From: Candidatus Poseidoniales archaeon
GTDB lineage: Archaea; Thermoplasmatota; Poseidoniia; Poseidoniales; Poseidoniaceae
Reading direction: 5' to 3'
DNA length: 64,000 bases
Assembly: GCA_003602645.1 (NCBI GenBank)
Contig: QQSI01000040.1
Location: forward strand, 4,152-68,151
The notes beneath the pieces are model-generated. The model saw nothing but the letters and a program-made list of their open reading frames with translations, made no database searches and was not told the DNA's origin. The position numbers and the translations under genes were made by a program. Positions 55,560 through 64,000 of the stretch are shown in pieces (the stretch's first letter is position 1; the number at the start of each line of letters is the position of its first letter).

Positions 55560-57686
55560 ATGATAATAATGGTGGCACTCCCTTCTCTATTGCAGCGATG
55601 TGTTGAACAACTGGCTTGGTTTGGAGACGGTATGAGCGCCGACCATCAGCCGTATATTCCGGCTACTGAATCGCCCAGTGAATTGACACTGCGTGTGATT
55701 GTTGTCGGTATTTTGCTCGGTATTTTGATGACCGCTGCAAATGCCTACCTCGGGCTCTATGCAGGAATGACTGTCTCCGCAAGCATACCCGCTGCCGTCA
55801 TGTCAATGATCATACTACGCGGTATTTTCAACGATGTGAGTATTCTTGAAAACAACGCTGTTCAAACTATGGCAAGCGCAGGAGAGTCGCTAGCGGCTGG
55901 TGTGATTTTTACTGTACCTGCTATGTTGGTGATTGGACTGTGGACTGAAATTCAATGGTTCGATACGCTCATGATCGCCACTCTAGGAGGGCTCTTGGGA
56001 ACGATGTTTACCATCGCCCTTCGACGTCTTTTCATCGTTGAAGAAGCATTACCATATCCGGAAGGTGTAGCATGCCGAGAAGTCTTGGTTGCTGGAGAAG
56101 AAGGTGGCGAAGGAGCATTGGCCATCCTTTACGCTCTAGGAATTGGTGCAATCTATGGACTCATGGTAAAAGGTTTCGAAGTCACTCACCACACGGTTGA
56201 ATCGGCAGTTGGCTTCCTTGGCACACGATTGTATGCTGGAATGGATTTGTCCATTGCTTTGCTGTCAGTCGGTTACATCGTCGGCGTTCGCATTGCTTCG
56301 TTCATTTTCTTGGGAGGTGTCTTGGGGTTCGGACTCCTCGTGCCAATGTACGGGCTCATTCATGGATGGCCGAATTCACCAACGCTCGTCGAAGGGTTTT
56401 ACGACATCTGGGCTGAGCAAATCCGGTATGTTGGAGTCGGTGCGATGGTGGTTGGCGGGGTCTACACCCTTTGGTCAATGAGAAAAACAATCATCACAGG
56501 TCTCTCTAAGGCCTTGATCAAAACAGATGGGGAGGCTGAACAACCCCTTCGTACAGAAATCGATTTGCCTCTAGATAAGGTCATCATGTTTTGTGGGTTC
56601 CTCGTTCTCATGACTTTCCTGTACTATTGGCAAGCAACGGGATCGCTTGGCTTAGCATTCGCAGGGGCACTTTTCCTTGGCGTAGTCGCCTTCTTTTTCG
56701 CTGCAGTTGCAGGTTACATTGCAGGGGTTGTCGGTTCATCCAACTCCCCTGTTTCAGGCATGACCATAGCCACCCTTCTGTTCACCGTAGCGCTTGTGTG
56801 GATTGTTGGGGATTTCATGCTTGGCTTGGGCACTGAGGAACTTATGCTGGCTACGTTGTTAATTGCGGCGGTTGTCGCATCGTCGGCAGCGATCGCTGGG
56901 GACGTGATGCAGGATTTGAAGACCGGCCACATGGTAGGGGCAACTCCTTGGCGGCAACAAGTGGCTGAAATCATTGGTGTGTTAACCGGAGCAGTAGTGA
57001 TTGGACCAACCCTTGCCCTTCTGCACAATGCCTTCCAAATTTCCAAAACCGCATGTGCCAAGACAAATTTGAACCTTGCCGTTGCAGACCAATATGACTG
57101 CAGCAACGCTCTGTTCGCACCACAAGCTGAGTTAATTGGTGCCATCATTCAAGGTGCATTTGGTGGAGAACTTAACCTCCAAATGGTGACGTTGGGAGCC
57201 ATCATCGCCATCGTTTTGATCTATCTAAAAATGCCAGTGATGTCTGTTGCCATTGGAATTTACCTTCCACTGGGCCTTTCAGTTCCGATTATGCTTGGTG
57301 GAATCATATCCTTTTTCGCTTTACGAACGGCGCATTACCGCGTGGACGGACGCCTTGACATGGTCCCTTCGAAAAAGGCGCAACTCGCAGCGAAAGAAGT
57401 TGAAAATCGTGGCGTGCTTATAGGGGCAGGATTCATTGCTGGAGAATCCATCCTCGGAGTGTTCATTGCCGTACTAATTGTGGCCGATATCCGCTTGCCA
57501 GAAATCTTCGGCGTTGTCACCCTCAATGATCTCTTCTCGCTGGTATTCTTTGGATGGTTTGTTGCTGTGTTCATTTGGCTTGCGACCCGAGCCCTTCCAA
57601 AGGGCGGTCATCTGATGAGCGATGCTGTTGTTGTCGCCAGGGATGTTGCCTCGCGATTCAAAGCGGCTTTGTTGCCAGGGAAGTGA
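55560..57686 (+). CDS. OPT-family oligopeptide transporter
   Basis: More than 15 TM segments are predicted. The length of about 700 aa, the N-terminal motif region (LGLYAGMTVSASIPAAV) and mid-protein motifs are typical of the prokaryotic OPT family. Confidence 0.7.
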   Translation: MIIMVALPSLLQRCVEQLAWFGDGMSADHQPYIPATESPSELTLRVIVVGILLGILMTAANAYLGLYAGMTVSASIPAAVMSMIILRGIFNDVSILENNAVQTMASAGESLAAGVIFTVPAMLVIGLWTEIQWFDTLMIATLGGLLGTMFTIALRRLFIVEEALPYPEGVACREVLVAGEEGGEGALAILYALGIGAIYGLMVKGFEVTHHTVESAVGFLGTRLYAGMDLSIALLSVGYIVGVRIASFIFLGGVLGFGLLVPMYGLIHGWPNSPTLVEGFYDIWAEQIRYVGVGAMVVGGVYTLWSMRKTIITGLSKALIKTDGEAEQPLRTEIDLPLDKVIMFCGFLVLMTFLYYWQATGSLGLAFAGALFLGVVAFFFAAVAGYIAGVVGSSNSPVSGMTIATLLFTVALVWIVGDFMLGLGTEELMLATLLIAAVVASSAAIAGDVMQDLKTGHMVGATPWRQQVAEIIGVLTGAVVIGPTLALLHNAFQISKTACAKTNLNLAVADQYDCSNALFAPQAELIGAIIQGAFGGELNLQMVTLGAIIAIVLIYLKMPVMSVAIGIYLPLGLSVPIMLGGIISFFALRTAHYRVDGRLDMVPSKKAQLAAKEVENRGVLIGAGFIAGESILGVFIAVLIVADIRLPEIFGVVTLNDLFSLVFFGWFVAVFIWLATRALPKGGHLMSDAVVVARDVASRFKAALLPGK

Positions 57687-57767
57687 TGTTGAGGCCTGAG
57701 GTCAACCTTTCCGATGCACAAGCATCAAAGGTCGCCCGTTAAGGCCTCAGAATGAGCAGGGACTTAC

Positions 57768-58601
57768 ATGTCAACGAGCATCGAAGAAATTGAAGAGATT
57801 GCACGAAAGTGCAGGGTAGAGATTGTGAAGATGGTCTATCGTGCTCAAGCAGGGCACCCTGGCGGCTCGTTATCTGAAATTGATCTGCTCGCGGCGTTGT
57901 ATGCCACCCGTATGCGCGTTCGACCTGATGAACCAAAGTGGAACGATCGAGACCGATTCATTTTGTCCAAAGGTCACGCCTCACCCGGTATGTATGCCAT
58001 CCTAGCAGAGATGGGGTTCATCAGCCATGAAGATTTGAAATCATACAGGGTTCTTGGTGGCGTCTGCCAGGGCCACGTTGACATGAAGTGGTGTCCAGGG
58101 GTTGATTTCTCCGCCGGATCCCTTGGCATGGGCCTTTCGTTTGGAATGGGTTGTGCTCTTGCGGCTCGACTTGACAACAGCGACCGAAGATCGTTTGTCA
58201 TGATTGGAGACGGTGAAATGCAAGAAGGAAGCGTTTGGGAAGCTGCGATGGCTGCTGCCCATCATGAATTGGGTAATCTCAAGGTGATCCTTGATCGAAA
58301 TCGCATACAAAACGATGATTTTTGTGAGGAACAAATGCGCATGTTCGACATACCTGCAAAGTGGAAGGCTTTCGGCTGGAACGTCAAAGAAATTGACGGA
58401 CATAACATGCAAGAAGTCATGGAAGGACTGGACTTTCTCGAGGCAGAGGAAAATTGCAACGGACCTTCAATCCTGATTGCCCACACCATCAAGGGCGGTG
58501 GAATCTCCTACATGGAAAACAACCCTTCGTTCCACGGAGCAGCCCCCAACGAGGAACAGTACAATCAAGCCATGATCGAACTCGGGGAGGTGAAAGCATG
58601 A
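57768..58601 (+). CDS. tktN: Transketolase, N-terminal (TPP-binding) subunit
   Basis: HPGGSLS, ILSKGHAS and the TPP motif GDGEMQEGSVWEA are present, in the split archaeal/bacterial transketolase arrangement. Confidence 0.9.
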   Translation: MSTSIEEIEEIARKCRVEIVKMVYRAQAGHPGGSLSEIDLLAALYATRMRVRPDEPKWNDRDRFILSKGHASPGMYAILAEMGFISHEDLKSYRVLGGVCQGHVDMKWCPGVDFSAGSLGMGLSFGMGCALAARLDNSDRRSFVMIGDGEMQEGSVWEAAMAAAHHELGNLKVILDRNRIQNDDFCEEQMRMFDIPAKWKAFGWNVKEIDGHNMQEVMEGLDFLEAEENCNGPSILIAHTIKGGGISYMENNPSFHGAAPNEEQYNQAMIELGEVKA

Positions 58602-59533
58602 CCCGAATGGCTGCGACACGCGATGGTTACGGCCAAGCATTGCTCGACCTTGCAGGCAACCCTAAAGTTGTGGTCCTTGAAGCTGATTTAGGAAAGTCAA
58701 CCAAGTCCCTTCACTTCCGAAAAGCACATCCTGAACGAACAGTTTCTTGTGGAATTGGAGAACAAAACATGCTGCTTGTTGGCGCAGGTTTGGCTTCCGC
58801 AGGTTACATTCCATTCGCCAGCACCTTCGCTATCTTCACTGAACGTGCTTTCGAGCAAATGCGGAACGGAGTGGCTCGTCCCAACCTGCCAGTCCACCTT
58901 TGTGGTAGCCACGGCGGTACGCACACTGGCACAGACGGATCCTCCGCACAATCCATTGAAGATCTCGCAGTGTTCCGAACCCTCCCAAACGTTGTGGTGA
59001 TGCATCCCTGTGATGATGTGAGCACACGAGCACTTACTATGCAATTGCCCGCACTTGGAAAACCATCCTACATGCGCACTGCGCGCAACAAAACTCCGGT
59101 GCTCTACGACGGAAGAGAAGCGGAGATTCAAATTGGTAAAGGCGTCGTTTTGGAAGAAGGGACCGATGTGGCCATCATCGCTTGCGGTGTCTTAGTGTCT
59201 GAAGCGCTAAAAGCAGCGGACCAGCTGAAGCAAGAAGGCGTCTCTGCGTGTGTTGTTGACATGCACACCCTCAAGCCTCTGGATGGTGCTTTGATTGACA
59301 GGCTTGTCGAACAGTGTGGTGCACTCGTCACTGCTGAAGATCACAACATCATTGGTGGACTTGGTGGCGCTGTTGCAGAACACCTCGTTTCAAACACCTT
59401 TGCTCCGTTGGAACGGGTGGGCGTCCCTGACCGGTTTGGTGAATCTGGACAAGCTGATGAGATGTTGGAATTGATGCAAATATCTGCTCCACACATTGCT
59501 AAAGCAGCACAGAGAGCGCTCACTCGAAAGTGA
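58598..59533 (+). CDS. tktC: Transketolase, C-terminal (pyrimidine-binding and C-domain) subunit
   Basis: The ATG at 58598 overlaps the tktN stop (ATGA). RDGYGQAL, GIGEQNMLLVGAGLA and HGGTHTG are present, along with a C-terminal regulatory-like domain. Confidence 0.9.
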   Translation: MTRMAATRDGYGQALLDLAGNPKVVVLEADLGKSTKSLHFRKAHPERTVSCGIGEQNMLLVGAGLASAGYIPFASTFAIFTERAFEQMRNGVARPNLPVHLCGSHGGTHTGTDGSSAQSIEDLAVFRTLPNVVVMHPCDDVSTRALTMQLPALGKPSYMRTARNKTPVLYDGREAEIQIGKGVVLEEGTDVAIIACGVLVSEALKAADQLKQEGVSACVVDMHTLKPLDGALIDRLVEQCGALVTAEDHNIIGGLGGAVAEHLVSNTFAPLERVGVPDRFGESGQADEMLELMQISAPHIAKAAQRALTRK

Positions 59534-59569
59534 GCCAAGAACCATTAGCGTCATCGTTCACCAATAACC

Positions 59570-59932
59570 ATGCCCGAAACGGACCGACTGGCCCAAACAA
59601 ATCGTGTTCTGGAATCATTCATCCAAGAACGGGATTGGGAACAATTTCACACCGTCAAAAACATCATTGCCTCCATTGGGATTGAAGCGGCTGAATTGGC
59701 CGAAACTGTCCAATGGTCGAATCCCTCGGTTGATGATGCCAAGAAGGATCCAAAACTAATGGAAAATTTGTCTCATGAATTGGCCGATGTAATGCTGTAT
59801 TGTCTCCGATTGTGCAGCATCTTGGGACTCGACCCAATTGATTTGATGAATAAAAAAATCATCCTCAATGGAGAAAAATACCCTGCGGATTTAGTCCGTG
59901 GTTCCTCTGCAAAATACACAGATTATGTATGA
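59570..59932 (+). CDS. MazG-like nucleoside triphosphate pyrophosphohydrolase (dCTPase-like)
   Basis: The EExxE metal motif (GIEAAELAETVQW) and a second acidic helix (ELADVMLYCL) are present. The protein is 120 aa. Confidence 0.65.
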   Translation: MPETDRLAQTNRVLESFIQERDWEQFHTVKNIIASIGIEAAELAETVQWSNPSVDDAKKDPKLMENLSHELADVMLYCLRLCSILGLDPIDLMNKKIILNGEKYPADLVRGSSAKYTDYV

Positions 59933-59988
59933 AATCTTTTGAAGGCTGAGGCGCATACTTGATGGAGTGGGTCCGATAACCAATCTTC

Positions 59989-60651
59989 ATGGAGTTCTTT
60001 TTGGACACAGCCGACGTAGATGAAATTCGTGAAATAGCAGCTTGGGGCATCTTAGATGGTGTGACCACAAACCCTTCATTGATCAAAAAGAGCGGTCGCG
60101 ATTTTAAACAAGTCGTTGCAGAAATCGCTTCCATTTGTGATGGCCCAATTTCAGCAGAGGTCACGGCAATGGACACCGAGGGGATGGTGGCTCAAGGCAT
60201 GGCTCTCAAGAATGAACTTCCAGAAAATGTCATCATCAAGATTCCATGCACTCCAGAAGGATTGGCTGCGACTAAAATTCTCACAGAAGCAAACATCAAA
60301 ACAAACGTCACGTTGATTTTTTCTGCGTCCCAAGCGTTGATGGCCGCAAAAGCAGGAGCAACCTATGTCTCCCCATTCATTGGTCGAATCGACGATACAG
60401 GCCATGATGGAATGAACCTTATTGCGGAAATTATGGAAACCTGGAACAATTATCCAACGATCACCACCAAAGTTCTTGCAGCATCCATTCGACACCCCAC
60501 ACATGTGCTTCAGTGCATTCAATTGGGCGCTCATACCGCAACAATGCCAGCAAAGACATTCCGTCAACTCATGACCCATCCATTAACGGACAAAGGACTT
60601 GAAGGATTCATGCGGGATTGGGCCGAAGTCGAAAAGGCTGGAAACGCGTGA
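59989..60651 (+). CDS. tal: Transaldolase / fructose-6-phosphate aldolase-type short enzyme
   Basis: MEFFLDTAD...GVTTNPSL is the N-terminus. The Schiff-base Lys is in [13 protein letters not shown] is present. At 220 aa it is the short subfamily. Confidence 0.85.
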   Translation: MEFFLDTADVDEIREIAAWGILDGVTTNPSLIKKSGRDFKQVVAEIASICDGPISAEVTAMDTEGMVAQGMALKNELPENVIIKIPCTPEGLAATKILTEANIKTNVTLIFSASQALMAAKAGATYVSPFIGRIDDTGHDGMNLIAEIMETWNNYPTITTKVLAASIRHPTHVLQCIQLGAHTATMPAKTFRQLMTHPLTDKGLEGFMRDWAEVEKAGNA

Positions 60652-60731
60652 AGCCGAGCAAATCAAACCGCTATTGGAAAAGGAGGATTCTTGAATGAAG
60701 TCCTCCCCGCTTGTTGTATAGGGGGTACACC

Positions 60732-61307
60732 ATGAGTTCATCGAGAGACCGGCTACAGCAGTTGTTGGATGGTGACCTTTCACCAGAGGACATCGCTGAT
60801 GACCCAGCGCTCGTTAGCCTTGCAGATCGTCTCTACGGAATCAAAATTGCACCTGCTCGCCCTAAAAAGGCGAGGGACATGGTCGACAACCCTGTCTCCG
60901 AAGTGACAGAAGTGGCACCGCCAACTGACATGTTGATCGAGGTCATTGGCGACATTGCCATCGCAGAACCACTCCCTGAGCTCCCATTGGGTGACCTTCC
61001 CGCGATTGCTCCAATTCCTGGAGCCAAAGGGAAAATGAATCCTCTTGTCTATGCTCTAGGGGCAGGTCTTGCATTTGTTGTTGCGAACCTCTTTGGTCTG
61101 TTCCAATCAGTTCTTGGAAACAACTGTCAAGCAAGTGATCTTTGCCCGGCCGACGGTTACACAAGAATGAATTTACTCGATCTTCACAACCTTGACACTG
61201 GTATGGGGTGGTCCCTTCCGTTGCAGGAAGGAGCCTATGGCATCCCGGACCTGGTCGCAGTGCTCGTGCTCACAATTGGCATTGTTGTGCTCATGCGCAG
61301 ATCGTGA
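60732..61307 (+). CDS. Hypothetical membrane protein
   Basis: A hydrophilic N-terminal half is followed by two predicted TM helices (PLVYALGAGLAFVVANLFGLF, LVAVLVLTIGIVVLM). The ATG at 60732 is preferred over the TTG at 60711. Confidence 0.4.
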   Translation: MSSSRDRLQQLLDGDLSPEDIADDPALVSLADRLYGIKIAPARPKKARDMVDNPVSEVTEVAPPTDMLIEVIGDIAIAEPLPELPLGDLPAIAPIPGAKGKMNPLVYALGAGLAFVVANLFGLFQSVLGNNCQASDLCPADGYTRMNLLDLHNLDTGMGWSLPLQEGAYGIPDLVAVLVLTIGIVVLMRRS

Positions 61308-61312
61308 TTTCA

Positions 61313-61588
61313 ATGATGTTAGAAACACCAACAGAGGTCCTTTCTTACATAGGAATGATGGCAATCCTTGCAGCATTTGTTCTTGAAACTCGCAATGTGC
61401 TTCACAGCAAACAGACCAGCTATCTGGCCCTCATGGCTGTTGGTTCGGCCCTTCTTGGCATCCGAGCTTTGTTGATCGAAGAATGGGCCTTTTTGATCCT
61501 GGAAGCGGCATGGTGTTTTGCGGCGGTGTGGGCCTACATTCAAACTCGACAACCCCAAACATCGACCAAGGAACAAGCGTCATCTTGA
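61313..61588 (+). CDS. Hypothetical small 3-TM membrane protein
   Basis: A 91-aa ORF (MMLETPTEVLSYIGMMAILAAFVL...) sits between the previous gene's stop and the ProRS start, with tight coupling at both ends (TGATG at 61586). Confidence 0.35.
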   Translation: MMLETPTEVLSYIGMMAILAAFVLETRNVLHSKQTSYLALMAVGSALLGIRALLIEEWAFLILEAAWCFAAVWAYIQTRQPQTSTKEQASS

Positions 61589-63144
61589 TGAGCAAGAGAT
61601 GGCCGAAGGGAACCATGAGCCAAGGACCGGGTAAGGCCAAACGTGGCATTCCTTCGAAAGAAGAGAACTTCAACGAATGGTACCCTTTTATTGTTGAAGC
61701 AGCAGAATTGGTTGACAAACGTTACCCAATCAAGGGCATGGATGTATGGCGTCCATATGGTTGGAAAACGATGAAGCTCATCGACGCTCTGACGCATCGG
61801 GAGATGGAGCGAACTGACCATGAAGAAGTCAATTTCCCACTCCTCATCCCAGAGAATCTCCTTGACCGTGAAAACGCTCTTGTTGCACGGCTGAAGCGTG
61901 CAAGGGAAGAAGGCGTAGACCCTGATGACCTCCGCGATGAAGAGGAAGAAGGCGGCTTCAAAAAAGAGGTCTATTGGGTTAAACACGCTGGTGAAAATGA
62001 ACTTGACATTCCGATGTTCTTGAGGCCAACATCTGAAACGGCGATGTACACAATGTTCCCACTTTGGATTCGATCACACAAGGATTTACCCTTGAAGGTG
62101 TATCAAATGGTCAACACTTTCCGATATGAAACAAAACAGACGAGGTCGTTTATTCGGGTGAGGGAGATTCACTTTTTCGAAGCACACACTGCCCACGCTG
62201 ACGAAGCTGACGCAACTCGGCAAATCGAACAGGATTTGGAAATCGTTGACACAATCATGCACGACCTTTGCCTCCCAGTGATCAAGGCAAAACGTCCCCT
62301 TTGGGATACATTCCCTGGCGCATGGTACACCATTGGTATCGATGCAGTAATGCCAAACGGACGAACGCTCCAAGTGGCTTCATGCCACCATTATCAAGAC
62401 CAGTGGGCCAAGGCTTTCGATCTCACCTATGAAAACCTCGATGCACAACAACAACATTGCCATCAAACAACCTACGGCATGTCGGAACGATTGTTGGGTG
62501 CAGTGGTAGGTATGCATGGAGATGAAAATGGACTCATCATGCCACCCGCTGTTGCACCATTCCAAGTGGTCGTCTGTCCGATGATCAAGAAGAATTCAGA
62601 TGTCGACACCGTGGCGGCAGCCGAAGAATTAGCAGCGAAGTTGCGCCGTCATGGTTTGCGTGTCAAGGTTGATTCCCGTGACATTCGTGCAGGTCAGAAG
62701 TACTACGATTGGGAAATCAAAGGCGTGCCCCTCCGCCTCGACTTAGGCCCCCGGGATCTCGCTCAAGGAACAGCCTATGCAGCCCGTCGAACAGGAGGCA
62801 AAGAACCAATTCCCCTCGATGGAATTGAAGAGACATGCCTTTCAATCCTCGAGGAAATATCAGAGGAATTGCGTCGTCGGTCCCATGCCCACATGAACGA
62901 TGTTGTCCAACCATTGCCCCCAATCAATTTGATTGATGAGACGTACGTTCTCGAAGGTGATGTTAAAGACGGCCACATTTACGAGTTACCTTTTGATGGA
63001 ACAGACGCTCATGCAGAAACAATTGAACGATTAACCGGCTTCGCATTCTTAGGGGATTCAACCGATGAATACGAATCAGACCGGCCTTGTCACATGAGTG
63101 GAACACCGACACGCCGCCGAGTTCTCTTAGCCAAAACCTACTGA
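61588..63144 (+). CDS. proS: Prolyl-tRNA synthetase, archaeal/eukaryotic type
   Basis: NFNEWYPFIVEAAELVDKRYPIKGMDVWRPYG is the archaeal-type ProRS N-terminus. Class II motifs 2 and 3 are present, with a C-terminal zinc-binding-like domain. An alternative start exists at the ATG at 61618. Confidence 0.85.
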   Translation: MSKRWPKGTMSQGPGKAKRGIPSKEENFNEWYPFIVEAAELVDKRYPIKGMDVWRPYGWKTMKLIDALTHREMERTDHEEVNFPLLIPENLLDRENALVARLKRAREEGVDPDDLRDEEEEGGFKKEVYWVKHAGENELDIPMFLRPTSETAMYTMFPLWIRSHKDLPLKVYQMVNTFRYETKQTRSFIRVREIHFFEAHTAHADEADATRQIEQDLEIVDTIMHDLCLPVIKAKRPLWDTFPGAWYTIGIDAVMPNGRTLQVASCHHYQDQWAKAFDLTYENLDAQQQHCHQTTYGMSERLLGAVVGMHGDENGLIMPPAVAPFQVVVCPMIKKNSDVDTVAAAEELAAKLRRHGLRVKVDSRDIRAGQKYYDWEIKGVPLRLDLGPRDLAQGTAYAARRTGGKEPIPLDGIEETCLSILEEISEELRRRSHAHMNDVVQPLPPINLIDETYVLEGDVKDGHIYELPFDGTDAHAETIERLTGFAFLGDSTDEYESDRPCHMSGTPTRRRVLLAKTY

Positions 63145-63203
63145 CGAAGCATCGAGGTTAGGGGTTGGTTCAACGCTCTTGTCAGTGGTGTATGATGTTG
63201 AAA

Positions 63204-64000
63204 TCATTCAGTCCATGTACCATGGAAATCTTCAGCATTGTCAACCCTGATGAAAAGGTCAAGAGAACTCCACACGAGGCTGTTAAAACCGCTTTCCATG
63301 CCTTCTTGACCGCCAGCTTTGGCCGTCATAAATTCAAATGTATCGGATGGAGAATGCCATTCTTGCCAGAAGGAGATGTCACCACCGGGGCTGAAAAAAT
63401 TGAATGTCGGATATCCTTCAGAGAAGAACGAACAATGATCAGAGGCACATGATTCTGCAATTTGCCAAGTGATTGGGTTCGCTTCGGTTGGCTGGTATGA
63501 TAAATCATCATCAATCGTGGTTCCAACCCAGTCATACATTCGTTCCATATTGGATTGACTTGCACCAGCGATACTAATGGTCCAATCGTATTTTGTGGCC
63601 GAAAAGATCTCTCCACCTGGGCCAATAAGAGGCTCCGCCAAAGGTACAATCGGATAGTTGAGGGAGACCATATCGAAGTTCATGTAGGCGCGGACTGATA
63701 CATTTTCTGGAAGGTGCTCCACGTAAGCAAGCGACCCGAGGAGACCTTCTTCTTCGCACGCCCATAGGGCTGCCACCACAGTATGATCAAATTCCATTTG
63801 TGCAAGGGCTTGGGCCATCTCCAATGAAACAGTCGAACCTGATGTGTCGTCGTTTGCTCCTTCGTTGGTACCGCCACCTGGTGGGGTGAACATGTACGCA
63901 ATGTCGAAATGTCCTCCAATCACAATGTATTCATCAGGTGTGACTCGGCCCCAATTGTAACCAACAACGTTGAGTTGATCGGGATCATCATCATAGCGAG
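63204..64000 (-). CDS. M28-family zinc aminopeptidase; N-terminal part lies beyond the window edge
   Basis: Metal-ligand motifs HFD, ANDDTSGS and ACEEEGLLGS, and a C-terminal H, are present. The reading frame stays open to the window end, so the gene is 5'-truncated here. Confidence 0.7.
   Translation of the reverse strand, partial: RYDDDPDQLNVVGYNWGRVTPDEYIVIGGHFDIAYMFTPPGGGTNEGANDDTSGSTVSLEMAQALAQMEFDHTVVAALWACEEEGLLGSLAYVEHLPENVSVRAYMNFDMVSLNYPIVPLAEPLIGPGGEIFSATKYDWTISIAGASQSNMERMYDWVGTTIDDDLSYQPTEANPITWQIAESCASDHCSFFSEGYPTFNFFSPGGDISFWQEWHSPSDTFEFMTAKAGGQEGMESGFNSLVWSSLDLFIRVDNAEDFHGTWTE

Noticed and set aside
58454-58597. The longer upstream start for the transketolase C-terminal subunit given in the ORF track (58454)
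   Set aside because: It would overlap tktN by about 150 nt in another frame. The ATG at 58598 gives the canonical MTRMAATRDGYG start and classic ATGA coupling.
63165-63452. A 95-aa ORF on the plus strand downstream of ProRS
   Set aside because: It is antisense to the M28 peptidase CDS, which has clear metal-ligand motifs. I treat it as a shadow ORF.
1-64000. Mobile elements, integrases, transposases, restriction-modification or toxin-antitoxin systems
   Set aside because: I scanned all ORF translations for DDE or HTH transposase, tyrosine or serine recombinase, methyltransferase motif I/IV, and PIN/RelE/VapC signatures, and found none. The RHH protein at 12147-12341 is operonic with folE rather than paired with a toxin.

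Overview
This window is a compact stretch of archaeal chromosome, roughly 50% GC, with about 60 protein-coding genes, one tRNA and almost no non-coding DNA. Its archaeal origin is clear from ribosomal proteins S19e, L39e, L31e and S17e, a PDCD5-like DNA-binding protein, the PAN proteasomal ATPase, primase PriS, a standalone Kae1, aMBF1, Tsr3, archaeal-type ProRS and MetRS, and a split transketolase. The gene content suggests a heterotrophic marine archaeon, possibly a Thermoplasmatota or Marine Group II-like lineage, but this is tentative.

Recognisable housekeeping blocks are:
- a preQ0 operon: RHH regulator, FolE, QueE, a QueC-MsrB fusion and QueD
- histidine utilisation: HutI, HutH, a long eukaryote-like HutU, and a split glutamate formimidoyltransferase plus formimino-THF cyclodeaminase
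- methylmalonyl-CoA epimerase and a mutase catalytic subunit
- futalosine-pathway menaquinone genes MqnA, MqnD and an MqnC/E radical-SAM enzyme
- pentose-phosphate genes: split transketolase (N- and C-terminal subunits), a MazG-like pyrophosphohydrolase and transaldolase
- an ABC-2 exporter, an MFS transporter, an OPT transporter, a CNNM/CorC homologue, a SERCA-like Ca2+ P-type ATPase, and a molybdopterin oxidoreductase with FdhD

I found no CRISPR array, transposase, integrase, restriction-modification system or other recognisable defence system.

The most unusual items are:
- a 160-aa single-half homologue of deoxyhypusine hydroxylase carrying two His-Glu HEAT motifs (46795-47277)
- a two-gene unit encoding a zinc-ribbon protein and a 630-aa membrane protein with double zinc ribbons, four EF-hand loops and extreme poly-acidic tracts, beside a tRNA-Val (23343-25605)
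- a QueC-MsrB fusion in which the QueC zinc-binding cysteines appear to be lost
- a lysine/proline-rich low-complexity protein translationally coupled between Kae1 and an FKBP PPIase
- giant membrane-anchored surface proteins, including a WD40 beta-propeller surface protein with a calcium-loop motif
- an RDD-family membrane protein coupled to a protein with a polyproline N-terminus, a coiled coil and internal repeats
- a standalone PqqD-like protein

The supplied ORF track includes GTG and TTG starts shown as M. Where a nearby in-frame ATG exists I give the refined start.
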